NCBI GenBank assembly: GCA_017560225.1
Contig: JAFYOJ010000094.1
Span: forward strand, 1-27,107
DNA: 27,107 bases
Origin: Clostridia bacterium
Lineage (GTDB): Bacteria > Bacillota > Clostridia > UBA1212 > UBA1255
Direction of reading: 5' to 3'
Positions 1-9,064 of this stretch are shown piece after piece. The position numbers and the translations under genes are program-made. The notes below the pieces were generated by a model, which made no database searches, had not been told where the DNA came from, and saw only the letters and a list, made by a program, of their open reading frames with translations. Positions within the stretch are counted from its first letter, which is position 1. Every line of letters begins with the position of its first letter.

Positions 1-225
1 ATATTGGATACTGTTGTTAAGGATAACTTGAAACATTTTAATAGTTTTGAAACACCAATTCCCAATATAGAGGAATTGCGCAAAAATTATCAGTATGATG
101 AATACTGCAATATTTTCAAACCAATTCTTGAAAAGTTTCACGAGGTAACAAGAGAAATGATTGACCACTTTGTTTGGTTTACATTTAAAGAAGCGGCAGT
201 TGGAGATAAAGAAACAGCGGAGTGA
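1..225 (+). CDS. 3' end of an unidentified protein; the ORF is open to the window edge, so the start lies upstream
   Basis: The frame is open from position 1 and stops at 223-225. It is AT-rich like the neighbouring island. I recognise no motif. Confidence 0.35.
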   Translation: MLDTVVKDNLKHFNSFETPIPNIEELRKNYQYDEYCNIFKPILEKFHEVTREMIDHFVWFTFKEAAVGDKETAE

Positions 226-261
226 AATCACTCTGCTGCTTTCTTATATCTCTTGACCACA

Positions 262-3200
262 CTATGTATCATCAAAACAAACAGAATAATCTTCGCCGTA
301 ATGTACATTTATTTTTTTCTTAATTACTTCAATCTCATCACTTAATTCAACAATTTGTTTTTGATATGACGTGTTTTTTTGTTTGAGAAGTTGTTGATTG
401 TTGTGCAGATTTTGTTTTATAGTCTCCATCTCTTTGCGGATTTTTTCTACGACTTTATCGAATCTTTTTAATTTCCCGATTATGCGTTTTGCGTTGCCGC
501 TTGCAGAATCACTCAAAAGAACCACGTAACGATTGGTGTCCTTTTCTAAATACAGATATGGCTTTTGAGAATCTTGCGGAGCCGGCAGCGCGATGGTAAA
601 GTCGAATATCGAAACGGGAATTGACAGCATCTCATTACCGAAGATTACATCCGGTGTGAAAAGATCCTTTATGCTTCGCATCGCTTGGAGAAACTGTTCG
701 TTGGTTTTCTTCATCAGATCATCGCGGTGTTTCTCTGCTACTCCCAAGTGTGTTTGGTATTGTTCCGTTTTTGACCGGAGCTGATTGCATTCTTCTATGA
801 GGCGCTTGCGGGTTTCTTCTGCTTGTGTTTCCAATATTTTAAATGTTTTCAGCTCGTTTTCTTTTTGAGCAAGCTGCTTCATAAGCGGTTGAGACAACGC
901 CAAAGCTTTCACTTCTGCATACGTCAGAACGTCACTATCTAAATCTGAAGCAGTTCGTTGGTATGTGCTACCGGACAAGAATTGAGAGATAAAGCGCTGT
1001 TTTGTTTCCAACACCTGCCAAGAATACGAATCAAAACTACCTTCGGTAATATAGCGGTAAATTTGCACCGTTTCGTTCTCATTTCCGCGGCGAATAATAC
1101 GGCCTTCTCGCTGCACCATATCAGCCGGTCGCCAAGGCACATCCAAATGGTGAATGGCTTTCAGTTTTCTTTGTACGTTGGCGCCGATGCCCAATTTAAA
1201 CGTAGACCCAATCAAAATACGCATTTCGCCGGCATTAAATTTACGAAACAACTCAACCTTTCGGCTCTCAGTTTGGTAACTATGAATGAAAGCAATTTCT
1301 TTTTCTGGGATACCCTTTTCAATAAGTCGTCTTTTTAGTTCCGCATATACGTTAAACTGTTCCGCTTTTGGCGTTGAATAATCACAAAATATCAATTGTG
1401 TTGTATCCGGCTGTTGGTTATATAGCGCCGTCACGTTGTCGACACATCGATATACTTTTGAATACGCATCATAGTTCTGTGTTCTGCCAACCAACGACAA
1501 ATCTAACGCAGCTTTTCTGCCATCGGTGCTTACTTTGAGCATGTTGTCATATTTCCGGTCTATCATACCGCTGCGGATATTTTCGGTTCTTTTAACAAGC
1601 TCTTTCATATAGCTGGAAAGAGCAGGATTTTTCTTAATAGTAACATCGGTATAACCTTGCAATTTAGGAAGATCGTTTGCCGAATTGTTGGCGTAAAATA
1701 CCGCGATTTGTGAAAACATAGCTGATAATTCGGGCAGGTTAAAAAACTTTGAAAAGCGTTTGACAAATCTATATTTTGAAGCATCTACGTCAATTTCACA
1801 GAGTTGCTCCGGCAAAGCAAATGTTTTTACCCAATTGTCAAAAACATCGAGTCTGTTTCTTTGCAGTTCATCGTATTGCAAATACACTTGCATTGCATAA
1901 GTATCTGATAGAGAGTTACACAGCGGTGTGCCTGTTGCAAATACAACGCCTCTTCCGTTTTGCTGTACCACCCGCACCTTATGTAATAAATCTTGGCATT
2001 TGCCGGAACCGGTTGTGTTAATACCTCGTAGATTACGCAAATGCGTTTTGATTGGCAGGTTTTTATAATTATGTGCTTCATCTAGAAAGAGAGAGTCAAT
2101 TTCCAGTTCGTCGAACGTAATCTCTTGCGCTTGCTGTGGTGTCATGATCTCCAGAAACTCTCGCGTTCTTTTTTCCAGGCGCTTTTTTTCTGCTTCAAGC
2201 GCTGCGTGATTATGGCCACAAATATAGTACTCTTGAGGTGTTTTTAGTTCAAGAAGCGCTGTTTCAATTTGTTTTAGCTTTGCATGCATATTCTGCCATA
2301 TACTGTCTGCAGATAAGGGAATCATTTCAAAACAACTGTATGCCATAATAATGCCGTCATAGTCTGCGCTTTGTATTTGTTGCAATACCTTTTGACGCAT
2401 TTGCCGCTTGAACGATTTTGGTTCGATTGCCAAAATCGTTGCTTTGGGATAGAGATCTTCAAAGATTTTTTCCCATTGTCCCACAATATGGTTTGGAACT
2501 ACAAATAAATTTTTACGAGAGATCCCTTCTTGGCGTAGTTTCATTGCCGCTGCGATCATAATATATGTTTTTCCTGCGCCTACGTCGAATGCAAGTAAAG
2601 TGTTTTTGTTTTTAAGAATGCGTTGAACGGCATCTTTTTGATAAGGATATAACGTATATCCTTTTGCCATATCCGGAAAGGTCAACCGGCTTCCATCGCT
2701 AACGATTGGTTTGTATGCAGCAAACATTTTATTATATGCTTCTTCGACCAACCAACGGCGATCCTCATCTTCCCAAATCCATCGTTTAAATTCCTGCTGG
2801 ATGCATTTTTGCTTTTCCAATGCAGCAAGCGTGTCTGCCTCGTTATAAACTGAGCCGTCGTCAAAAAGTTTAATTTCTCGCAAATTGAGGGTTGCTTCGA
2901 TGATGTAAAGCGCATTATATCGCTTTAATCCGTATTTTCCCTCGGCAAAACGGTTTCCTTCTCCCCAATACTTTTTATTTCGGATATACCAACTTCCTGT
3001 AATTGATTCATATTCAACATAGGAATACGTTCTGTCTGCACATAATATATGACGCACAAATTCATCGATAATTTCTGTACTTACCCATGGCACGCCCAGC
3101 GAGACCTCTATATCCGTGTAAGGAATGGCATGTGGAGTTCGGTTTGGAATCGGAGTTTTAAAGGAAAGCTCCTTTTGCTCTTTCACCGCAGTTGCCCTTT

Positions 3201-3867
3201 TATATAAACGAATCCATTGGTCCAAAGTAAATTCGGAAAGATTGCGTTCGGAAAGCATATCTACAATTTCTGCAGCAGGAAAATCTTGGATTGCCTTTTC
3301 TTCTTCTGCGGAATATTCTGTATAATCTTTTGCACCAAAGACGGAATAATCGCGATGTAGCAACTCATTTGCGATTTGTTTTCCAAGCAGATTGCTGTCC
3401 ATACTATTTGCAATGTGATCGGCGATATATCCTTTCTCTTTTTGTGCGTATGCCGGCATTCTGTTTTTCACTAGTAGGTTTTTGAGTTCCAACTTCCACA
3501 AAATGGATAGTTGCGCTCTGCGAGAAACGGCATTGTTGGTTGTGGCTTTACGAACAAGCGCCACGTCATTCTCTGTGACACATAAAATTCCCCAACAGTC
3601 CGGAATCTTCTCGGCGGCAGAATGAATGTGTCGCTCGCCGACAACCAAATAATTCTCATCGAAAAACGTAGTGTAAGCTTTTACTTGCGCCTGTAAACGG
3701 GCATAATTATCCAAATCGCTTTTTATTTCATAACCGATCAATCGGTCTGTTACCGCCATCACGTCGCAAATAGAGCTTCCTATATTTTTTTCTTGATAGA
3801 TGCGCACTTCGCCTGTGGTAGCTTTGATATATGAAATTAGAATATCCTTGATTTTCTTTGCATTCAT
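262..3867 (-). CDS. Large fusion protein (~1200 aa) with an N-terminal PD-(D/E)xK-like nuclease motif, a SNF2/DEAH-family SF2 helicase and a C-terminal coiled-coil region
   Basis: The N-terminus reads ...ICDVMAVTDRLIGYEIKSD..., a D-x(n)-E-x-K pattern. The Q-motif is LYPYQKDAV and Walker A is DVGAGKTY. Motif II is LFLDEAHNYKN (DEAH), motif III is ATGTPLCNSL (SNF2-like TGTP) and motif VI is QREGRIIRRG. The last ~300 aa are Lys/Glu/Gln-rich heptad-like repeats. The start was moved to the second ATG at 3867, where the revcomp of cctcc at 3874-3878 gives GGAGG-6nt-ATG. Confidence 0.8.
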   Translation of the reverse strand: MNAKKIKDILISYIKATTGEVRIYQEKNIGSSICDVMAVTDRLIGYEIKSDLDNYARLQAQVKAYTTFFDENYLVVGERHIHSAAEKIPDCWGILCVTENDVALVRKATTNNAVSRRAQLSILWKLELKNLLVKNRMPAYAQKEKGYIADHIANSMDSNLLGKQIANELLHRDYSVFGAKDYTEYSAEEEKAIQDFPAAEIVDMLSERNLSEFTLDQWIRLYKRATAVKEQKELSFKTPIPNRTPHAIPYTDIEVSLGVPWVSTEIIDEFVRHILCADRTYSYVEYESITGSWYIRNKKYWGEGNRFAEGKYGLKRYNALYIIEATLNLREIKLFDDGSVYNEADTLAALEKQKCIQQEFKRWIWEDEDRRWLVEEAYNKMFAAYKPIVSDGSRLTFPDMAKGYTLYPYQKDAVQRILKNKNTLLAFDVGAGKTYIMIAAAMKLRQEGISRKNLFVVPNHIVGQWEKIFEDLYPKATILAIEPKSFKRQMRQKVLQQIQSADYDGIIMAYSCFEMIPLSADSIWQNMHAKLKQIETALLELKTPQEYYICGHNHAALEAEKKRLEKRTREFLEIMTPQQAQEITFDELEIDSLFLDEAHNYKNLPIKTHLRNLRGINTTGSGKCQDLLHKVRVVQQNGRGVVFATGTPLCNSLSDTYAMQVYLQYDELQRNRLDVFDNWVKTFALPEQLCEIDVDASKYRFVKRFSKFFNLPELSAMFSQIAVFYANNSANDLPKLQGYTDVTIKKNPALSSYMKELVKRTENIRSGMIDRKYDNMLKVSTDGRKAALDLSLVGRTQNYDAYSKVYRCVDNVTALYNQQPDTTQLIFCDYSTPKAEQFNVYAELKRRLIEKGIPEKEIAFIHSYQTESRKVELFRKFNAGEMRILIGSTFKLGIGANVQRKLKAIHHLDVPWRPADMVQREGRIIRRGNENETVQIYRYITEGSFDSYSWQVLETKQRFISQFLSGSTYQRTASDLDSDVLTYAEVKALALSQPLMKQLAQKENELKTFKILETQAEETRKRLIEECNQLRSKTEQYQTHLGVAEKHRDDLMKKTNEQFLQAMRSIKDLFTPDVIFGNEMLSIPVSIFDFTIALPAPQDSQKPYLYLEKDTNRYVVLLSDSASGNAKRIIGKLKRFDKVVEKIRKEMETIKQNLHNNQQLLKQKNTSYQKQIVELSDEIEVIKKKINVHYGEDYSVCFDDT

Positions 3868-4109
3868 AGGCATCCTCCGTTCTGGTCTGATCAGAATTAT
3901 AAAATAATCAGAGCACCAAAAAAGGGACGCAAAAAGTAGCGAGGTAAATTTTCCTTGCTTTTACTATATATCGGTCAAAATACGCTGTTCGCGTCTGTAA
4001 ACAAAGTGGACTTATACCCTTTGATTTACTTTTTCAGATTGCTATGCTACAATAAAAAAACGGTGATTTTGTGAAAAACAAGAAATAAGTCATAACAATT
4101 ATTCTTTCT

Positions 4110-4412
4110 GTGTTGATCACCTTGGCGGTTGCTTTTGGTGTACTTTTTGGCATAAAAATATATCAAGACACACTTGTAGAATCAGGTTATAACGAATCAC
4201 AAAACGCTGCTAAAGACGTAACGATGATTCAATTGATTGCTGCTCCTGAAAAATATGACGGCCAACTTGTGCGGGTAATCGGAGTCGGCAATCTTGCGTT
4301 TGAGAGCAATTGTATTTCACTCAGCAAAGAAGATTTAAAATATGGTGTTGGCCATTCCATTTGGATCAAACTGGGTGAAAAATCAATTTCTTACGAAGAA
4401 GCACAAAAATGA
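4110..4412 (+). CDS. Small hypothetical protein with an N-terminal membrane anchor (GTG start)
   Basis: The N-terminus LITLAVAFGVLFGI is hydrophobic and followed by a soluble region. The ORF is AT-rich, has no clear RBS and overlaps a second ORF in another frame (4342..4596), so the gene may be frameshifted. Confidence 0.3.
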   Translation: MLITLAVAFGVLFGIKIYQDTLVESGYNESQNAAKDVTMIQLIAAPEKYDGQLVRVIGVGNLAFESNCISLSKEDLKYGVGHSIWIKLGEKSISYEEAQK

Positions 4413-4602
4413 TAATGTTTTGTTCTCAAAAAACAATGCTACCCATAAACCAACTGTTGAGCAAGTCAATACATATATTTTAGGTTTGAAAGTTCAAACA
4501 GGTACGGGTAAGTCAAACGATGCCAATGTTGTCTGTGTCGGATGGACAAATAATTTACTGCCGAGATTTATTTTCACAAGCAAAGTGCTGCGATAGTTTC
4601 TC

Positions 4603-4855
4603 TCAAAACGGCTCATACCGAACCACTTCTTCCATAGGCCGGAATTGTTCGTGCAGGGGAAGGGATTTGGCGTCTTCTGCAGGATAACCCATGACCAGCA
4701 GTGCAGTAGGCTCAATAAAATCGGAAAGGTTGAATTTCTCCCGTAGGTGCCACGTGCCCAGCTTTCAAAATGCGGTCAATTACCTCTTGGGGTAAATGCT
4801 CCGGCGTAAAATTTCTTACCGAATAACGTTCTTGAATCAATTGTTCGAAATCCAT
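4603..4855 (-). pseudogene. Nitroreductase-family gene remnant with an internal deletion and a frameshift
   Basis: My minus-strand translation gives MDFEQLIQERYSVRNFTPEHLPQEVIDRILKAGHVAPTGEIQPFRFY and then a stop. This matches the nitroreductase N-terminal consensus (R-S-x-R-x-F ... AP-x-x-N-x-QPW/F). A +1 frame continues ALLVMGYPAEDAKSLPLHEQFRPMEEVVRYEPF and a stop, which matches a typical nitroreductase C-terminus. The middle ~90-100 aa of a normal ~170-aa enzyme are missing. Confidence 0.55.
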
Positions 4856-4873
4856 AGTATCCAAACTTCCTTT

Positions 4874-5755
4874 TTATTGTAGCACAATCCCCTCTTGCAT
4901 ACACCGATCTTTGATGGCTTGCAGGACTCTTTTCTTATCCAAAGACCAGCGGGGGGCAATCAACAAATCCCGGGGCGCGTCGCCGGTTAAACGGTGGAGC
5001 ACCGTGCCTTCCGGCAAGGCTAAGATACAGCGGCAAAGAATATCTAAATAGGCTTCTTCCGATAACGTCTCCGGGGAGAGGTCGGCTAAATCCGTACCTT
5101 TCAGCACGTGCAAAAGTTGTAATTTCACCCCGTGAGTGCCGGCGGCACCTACGTATCGGGCGGTTTCCACCATCATTTCCGGCGTTTCACCGGGAAGACC
5201 TAAGATAATATGCGTGATAATATGCACCCCAATTTTCTTCAAATCTGCCATAGCTTGATCGTACACGGAGAGGGGATAGCCTCTTCGAATAAAGCGGGCA
5301 GTATCTTCGTGGATGGTTTGCAAACCCAGTTCAATCATCACCGGCTTGATTTGGTTCAATTCGTCTATAAGGGCAATGGTTTCCGGGGGCAGGCAGTCCG
5401 GCCGTGTGGCAATGGAGAGGCCCACTATGGAAGGATCTTCCAGTACCGGCTGGAAAATGGCGCGCAAACGGTCCACGCTTGCGTAGGTGTTGGTGAAACT
5501 TTGGAAGTAAGCAATGTAGGCATTTCCCCGCATTTTACCCGCCACCCGTTCTTTCGCACGGGCAAGTTGAAGAGAAACGTCGCCACAGGGTTTTTCCGCG
5601 AAATCTCCGCTGCCGCCTGCCGAACAGAAGATACAACCGCGATTGCCCACCGTGCCGTCCCGATTGGGGCAGGTGAAACCACCGTCTAAGGCTAATTTGT
5701 AGACCTTCTGACCGAATTTTTCCTGGAAAAATGAGTTTGCGGTTTGATAATACAT
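4874..5755 (-). CDS. TIGR01212-family radical SAM protein
   Basis: It contains LDGGFTCPNRDGTVGNRGCIFCS near the N-terminus, the diagnostic CxxxxxxxxxCxxC-type cluster of this family. The start was set at MYYQTANSFF, where AAGGAG lies 9 nt upstream. Confidence 0.85.
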   Translation of the reverse strand: MYYQTANSFFQEKFGQKVYKLALDGGFTCPNRDGTVGNRGCIFCSAGGSGDFAEKPCGDVSLQLARAKERVAGKMRGNAYIAYFQSFTNTYASVDRLRAIFQPVLEDPSIVGLSIATRPDCLPPETIALIDELNQIKPVMIELGLQTIHEDTARFIRRGYPLSVYDQAMADLKKIGVHIITHIILGLPGETPEMMVETARYVGAAGTHGVKLQLLHVLKGTDLADLSPETLSEEAYLDILCRCILALPEGTVLHRLTGDAPRDLLIAPRWSLDKKRVLQAIKDRCMQEGIVLQ

Positions 5756-5845
5756 ACTTTTGTGCTCCTTCTTCTTGATTATACGACGGAATGCTTGACC
5801 GAGCAAGGTTTTTCTGCTATTTTAAAGGCGATTGGAGGCGTTTTT

Positions 5846-6517
5846 GTGCAGTATCAGAACGTTGTGGCAGGTAAATTTATTCGACGGCCCAACCGTTTCA
5901 TCGCCCACGTGGAAGTGGACGGACAGGAAACGGTGGTACACGTGAAGAATACGGGGCGATGTCGGGAGCTTTTGGTGCCCGGGGCGACGGTGTTCTTGGA
6001 GAAGTCTGCTTCGCCGGCGCGTAAAACGGCTTACGATTTGATTGCGGTGATGAAAGGGGATCTTTGTATCAATATGGATTCTCAGGTGCCCAATCAAGTG
6101 GCGGCGGAGTGGCTTCGGAAGCAATTGCCGGAGGCGTTGATTCGCCGGGAAGTAACCTGGGGCAATTCTCGGTTTGATTTATATATTGAAGTGGAAGGCC
6201 GGAAGATTTTTATGGAGGTGAAGGGTGTGACGCTGGAACAAGAGGGGCTTGCGTTGTTTCCCGATGCGCCTACAATCAGAGGCGTGAAACATTTGAAGGA
6301 ACTGGCCGCCTGCATTCAAGAAGGGTACGAAGCTTGTGTATTGTTTGTGATTCAAATGAAAGGGATTCGGGCTTTTCGCCCCCACGATAAGATGCATGGG
6401 GATTTCGGAGAGGCTTTGCGGGCGGCACAAAAGGCCGGCGTCCGAGTCCTTGCCTATGATTGTGTGGTAACGCCGGATTCTATTGAAATAGACAGGCCGG
6501 TGACAGTTGAATTGTAA
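5846..6517 (+). CDS. sfsA: Sugar fermentation stimulation protein SfsA
   Basis: It reads GKFIRRPNRFIAHVEVDGQETVVHVKNTGRCRELLVPGATVFL, typical of the SfsA N-terminus. The start was set at GTG 5846, preceded by GGAGG at 5834-5838. Confidence 0.8.
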   Translation: MQYQNVVAGKFIRRPNRFIAHVEVDGQETVVHVKNTGRCRELLVPGATVFLEKSASPARKTAYDLIAVMKGDLCINMDSQVPNQVAAEWLRKQLPEALIRREVTWGNSRFDLYIEVEGRKIFMEVKGVTLEQEGLALFPDAPTIRGVKHLKELAACIQEGYEACVLFVIQMKGIRAFRPHDKMHGDFGEALRAAQKAGVRVLAYDCVVTPDSIEIDRPVTVEL

Positions 6518-6568
6518 AAAATCGGGCGTATATGAAAAATCTTCACATACGCCCAAAATTATAATTTC

Positions 6569-8206
6569 TTATAAGCAACGCTTAATCTTCTCGTTCACGG
6601 CTTCGCGAAGACGCAACAAATATTGACTGTCCGACGGATAATTGAAGAAATCAATCTCGCCTTCGGCGTCGATCATCTTCACCACTTCTTCTTTGCCGAT
6701 ATAACTTTCCAGTAATTTCAATGCGCGACGGTCCTGAATGGCTTCTAAGAACACCTTGATGCGTAAAGAAGGCCAAGCGCCCTTGGGGCCCGGGTATACG
6801 CTGAAGGAATCGCCTGCAGGGAAAGCACCGTCTGTATCGTTGACTAAATAAGGATTGATGGGGTGGGTGGACAACTTGCCATAGTAGAAGTTGTAGCCCC
6901 ATTGCAAGAAGCCCTTCATATCAAACTTATACAATTGAAGGCCCATCACTCTGTTTCTGTAAGAAGGAAGCGCCATAAAGCGATTGCTTAAATTCAGGCA
7001 ACCTTGGCCGCAACAATAGTACGTCCACATACAGTCTACGTTGTTATCTAAGAACGACTTGATTTCGGAGGTTACTACTACCGGTGTTTCAATAAAGCCT
7101 TTCTTAAACATTTCATAACTGGAAATAGCATCCATTTGCTTAAACTCACCCAGTAAAGGCTTCACAAAATGGAACAACTCGCCGTAATGCTCGATATGTT
7201 TCGCATGAGGCTCGTCGGAAATATGGAAATACACTTTGCTTGCATCCCAGTTCTTCCGCAAATAATCTGTAAGGGCAGGCAGGAATTGCGCCAGGAATTC
7301 TTTATATTCATCGGACAAAGCATCTGTTTCCCAACCAAATTTCTTCTCGCCGTTTACAATAATCTTCGGCGCATGCTCAGCGCCCCACTGTGTAAACAAG
7401 TGGGCAATTTCCAAATATTCCATCCCGTTCTTCTTGCAAAGCTCTAACCAACGGGCAAGGAGGGTAAAGTCGAAGGCATATTTTCCATCCGCATACGAAA
7501 TTCCCACCAACTGCATGGTCGGACGCTCGTGCCCCACTCTTGTATCCAAAGCCGGCGTGATGACCGGTGTCAGAATCATATTGAGCCCGTGGGCGGTAGC
7601 CATTTGCATAAAGTTATCCATCAGTGCCCAATGTTCTTCCGACAGCATCGGCACGTTATAATAAGTTGCCAGACAGTCGCAATGGAACCATTGCGTGAAA
7701 GGAATATCCGATTTCGGGAGCACCGCAGGAATGACGTCCAAAGTAAAAATGCTCTCGCCTTGAATTTCGTTATTATCTTTGTTTCTAAAACGAATAGTAA
7801 TGGTGTGCTCGCCTGGCTTGGTTTCAGTGGTGGTCTTTACGCTTACCCAAACACTGCTGAAATTCCGAGAAGAAACCATTATGTAATCTGTGTACGGCTC
7901 CAAAACATCCGGAAACAAACCCGGTACATCGGAGATATAGTTGTTGTCGATTTCATTCCAGTATCGAGGCAGCAAAACCGGCACTTGACGGGTGAGGAAC
8001 AATGAAACGGCGTCTCCTAAATCGGATTCCACTTCCAAAGCAAATTCCTGCCCATAGGTAAGGGGGAATGCTTTATAGGCAATCTGGTAAGAGAAAACTT
8101 CATTCAAAAGCACGCTGCCCTTTGTGTACTGGGGCGCAGATAACGTCATTTCGGGACGAACTTTCTCTAAAGAAGAAATTGTGCGAATATCTAATGTATT
8201 TGCCAT
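6569..8206 (-). CDS. DUF4091-like putative glycoside hydrolase
   Basis: A 545-aa protein with an N-terminal LDIRTISSLEKVRPE and an internal FHISDEPHAKHIEHY. It resembles the DUF4091 family as I remember it. The start was set at MANTLDIR with AGGAGG upstream; the longer upstream ORF overlaps the next gene. Confidence 0.5.
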   Translation of the reverse strand: MANTLDIRTISSLEKVRPEMTLSAPQYTKGSVLLNEVFSYQIAYKAFPLTYGQEFALEVESDLGDAVSLFLTRQVPVLLPRYWNEIDNNYISDVPGLFPDVLEPYTDYIMVSSRNFSSVWVSVKTTTETKPGEHTITIRFRNKDNNEIQGESIFTLDVIPAVLPKSDIPFTQWFHCDCLATYYNVPMLSEEHWALMDNFMQMATAHGLNMILTPVITPALDTRVGHERPTMQLVGISYADGKYAFDFTLLARWLELCKKNGMEYLEIAHLFTQWGAEHAPKIIVNGEKKFGWETDALSDEYKEFLAQFLPALTDYLRKNWDASKVYFHISDEPHAKHIEHYGELFHFVKPLLGEFKQMDAISSYEMFKKGFIETPVVVTSEIKSFLDNNVDCMWTYYCCGQGCLNLSNRFMALPSYRNRVMGLQLYKFDMKGFLQWGYNFYYGKLSTHPINPYLVNDTDGAFPAGDSFSVYPGPKGAWPSLRIKVFLEAIQDRRALKLLESYIGKEEVVKMIDAEGEIDFFNYPSDSQYLLRLREAVNEKIKRCL

Positions 8207-8219
8207 GGTAGAATACCTC

Positions 8220-8903
8220 CTATATTGTAATTTCCAAGCCATCGCAGGCTACGTCGATGTCGTATTGCGCCATGGCTTGTACTAAAGTCTTGTGATCGGT
8301 GTGCAGCGTGCGTGCCAAATGCGAAATAGCAAATTTCTTTACGTAGGGTGCCAAGGTTCGCTGCATTTCCAGCACCATATTTAAGTTGTTATGTTCGAAA
8401 ATTCGATAATCGCCGGGCACGTCTCCGATGGTGGCATCCAGTATCGCATAGTCTACACCGTTCTTTTGAATGGCAGCCACTTCTTCGTAAAGCAACCATG
8501 CACCGTCTAAACCGTAGAACAGGCGTTTGCCCTGGGCATCCTCAATGATATAGTGCAAGATGCCTTGACAGGTGCCGTGATTGCCTTGGAGTGCCGTTAC
8601 GGTGTAGTTCCCCAGTTTCTTGGTCTCGCCGGGAAGGAAGGTGACAAATTCTGCGCCCTGTTCCTGCAAATATGCCACAGTAGCCGGGTTATAATGATCG
8701 CCATGATCGTGGGTATTTAAAATGTAACGCACTTTGCCGGCATCTTTCCCATGGGTCTTGAGACTTTCCGGTACTTGCGGACCGGGATCAATCAGCAACA
8801 CGTCATCAATGATCGCTGAAGACAGACGTCGGAATTCCGTATAGTCTGCCGGTTTTTCAATCGGCCAATCGGCCGCACCTGTACCTAAGAAGAACAATTT
8901 CAT
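8220..8903 (-). CDS. MBL-fold metallo-hydrolase
   Basis: It carries the HxHxDH motif (NTHDHGDHYNP) and further His/Asp positions. It is co-oriented and tightly spaced with the downstream hydrolase gene. Confidence 0.8.
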   Translation of the reverse strand: MKLFFLGTGAADWPIEKPADYTEFRRLSSAIIDDVLLIDPGPQVPESLKTHGKDAGKVRYILNTHDHGDHYNPATVAYLQEQGAEFVTFLPGETKKLGNYTVTALQGNHGTCQGILHYIIEDAQGKRLFYGLDGAWLLYEEVAAIQKNGVDYAILDATIGDVPGDYRIFEHNNLNMVLEMQRTLAPYVKKFAISHLARTLHTDHKTLVQAMAQYDIDVACDGLEITI

Positions 8904-9064
8904 CCTTGTTCCACCTTTCTGTTTTGTTAGAACTTATGGGGGTAGTATAGCATATATTTTACCGGTACACAATTACGAAAAAAACAGAAAAATATGTTGT
9001 TTTGGACACCGGTTTAAGGTACAATATCCTTTGGCCTTGTGCCATTAAGGGAGGTTCCGGATTG

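Noticed and set aside
3881-3890. 10-bp palindrome TCTGATCAGA just upstream of the helicase RBS
   Set aside because: It is short and of the kind expected by chance in AT-rich DNA. It could be an operator, but there is no supporting second copy.
5210-5689. 159-aa plus-strand ORF inside the radical SAM gene
   Set aside because: It is antisense to a gene with an unambiguous Cys-cluster signature. High-GC regions produce long spurious frames.
7529-8005. 158-aa plus-strand ORF (and the shorter ones at 7169 and 7434) inside the DUF4091-like gene
   Set aside because: They are antisense to the long, RBS-supported minus-strand gene and have no motif.
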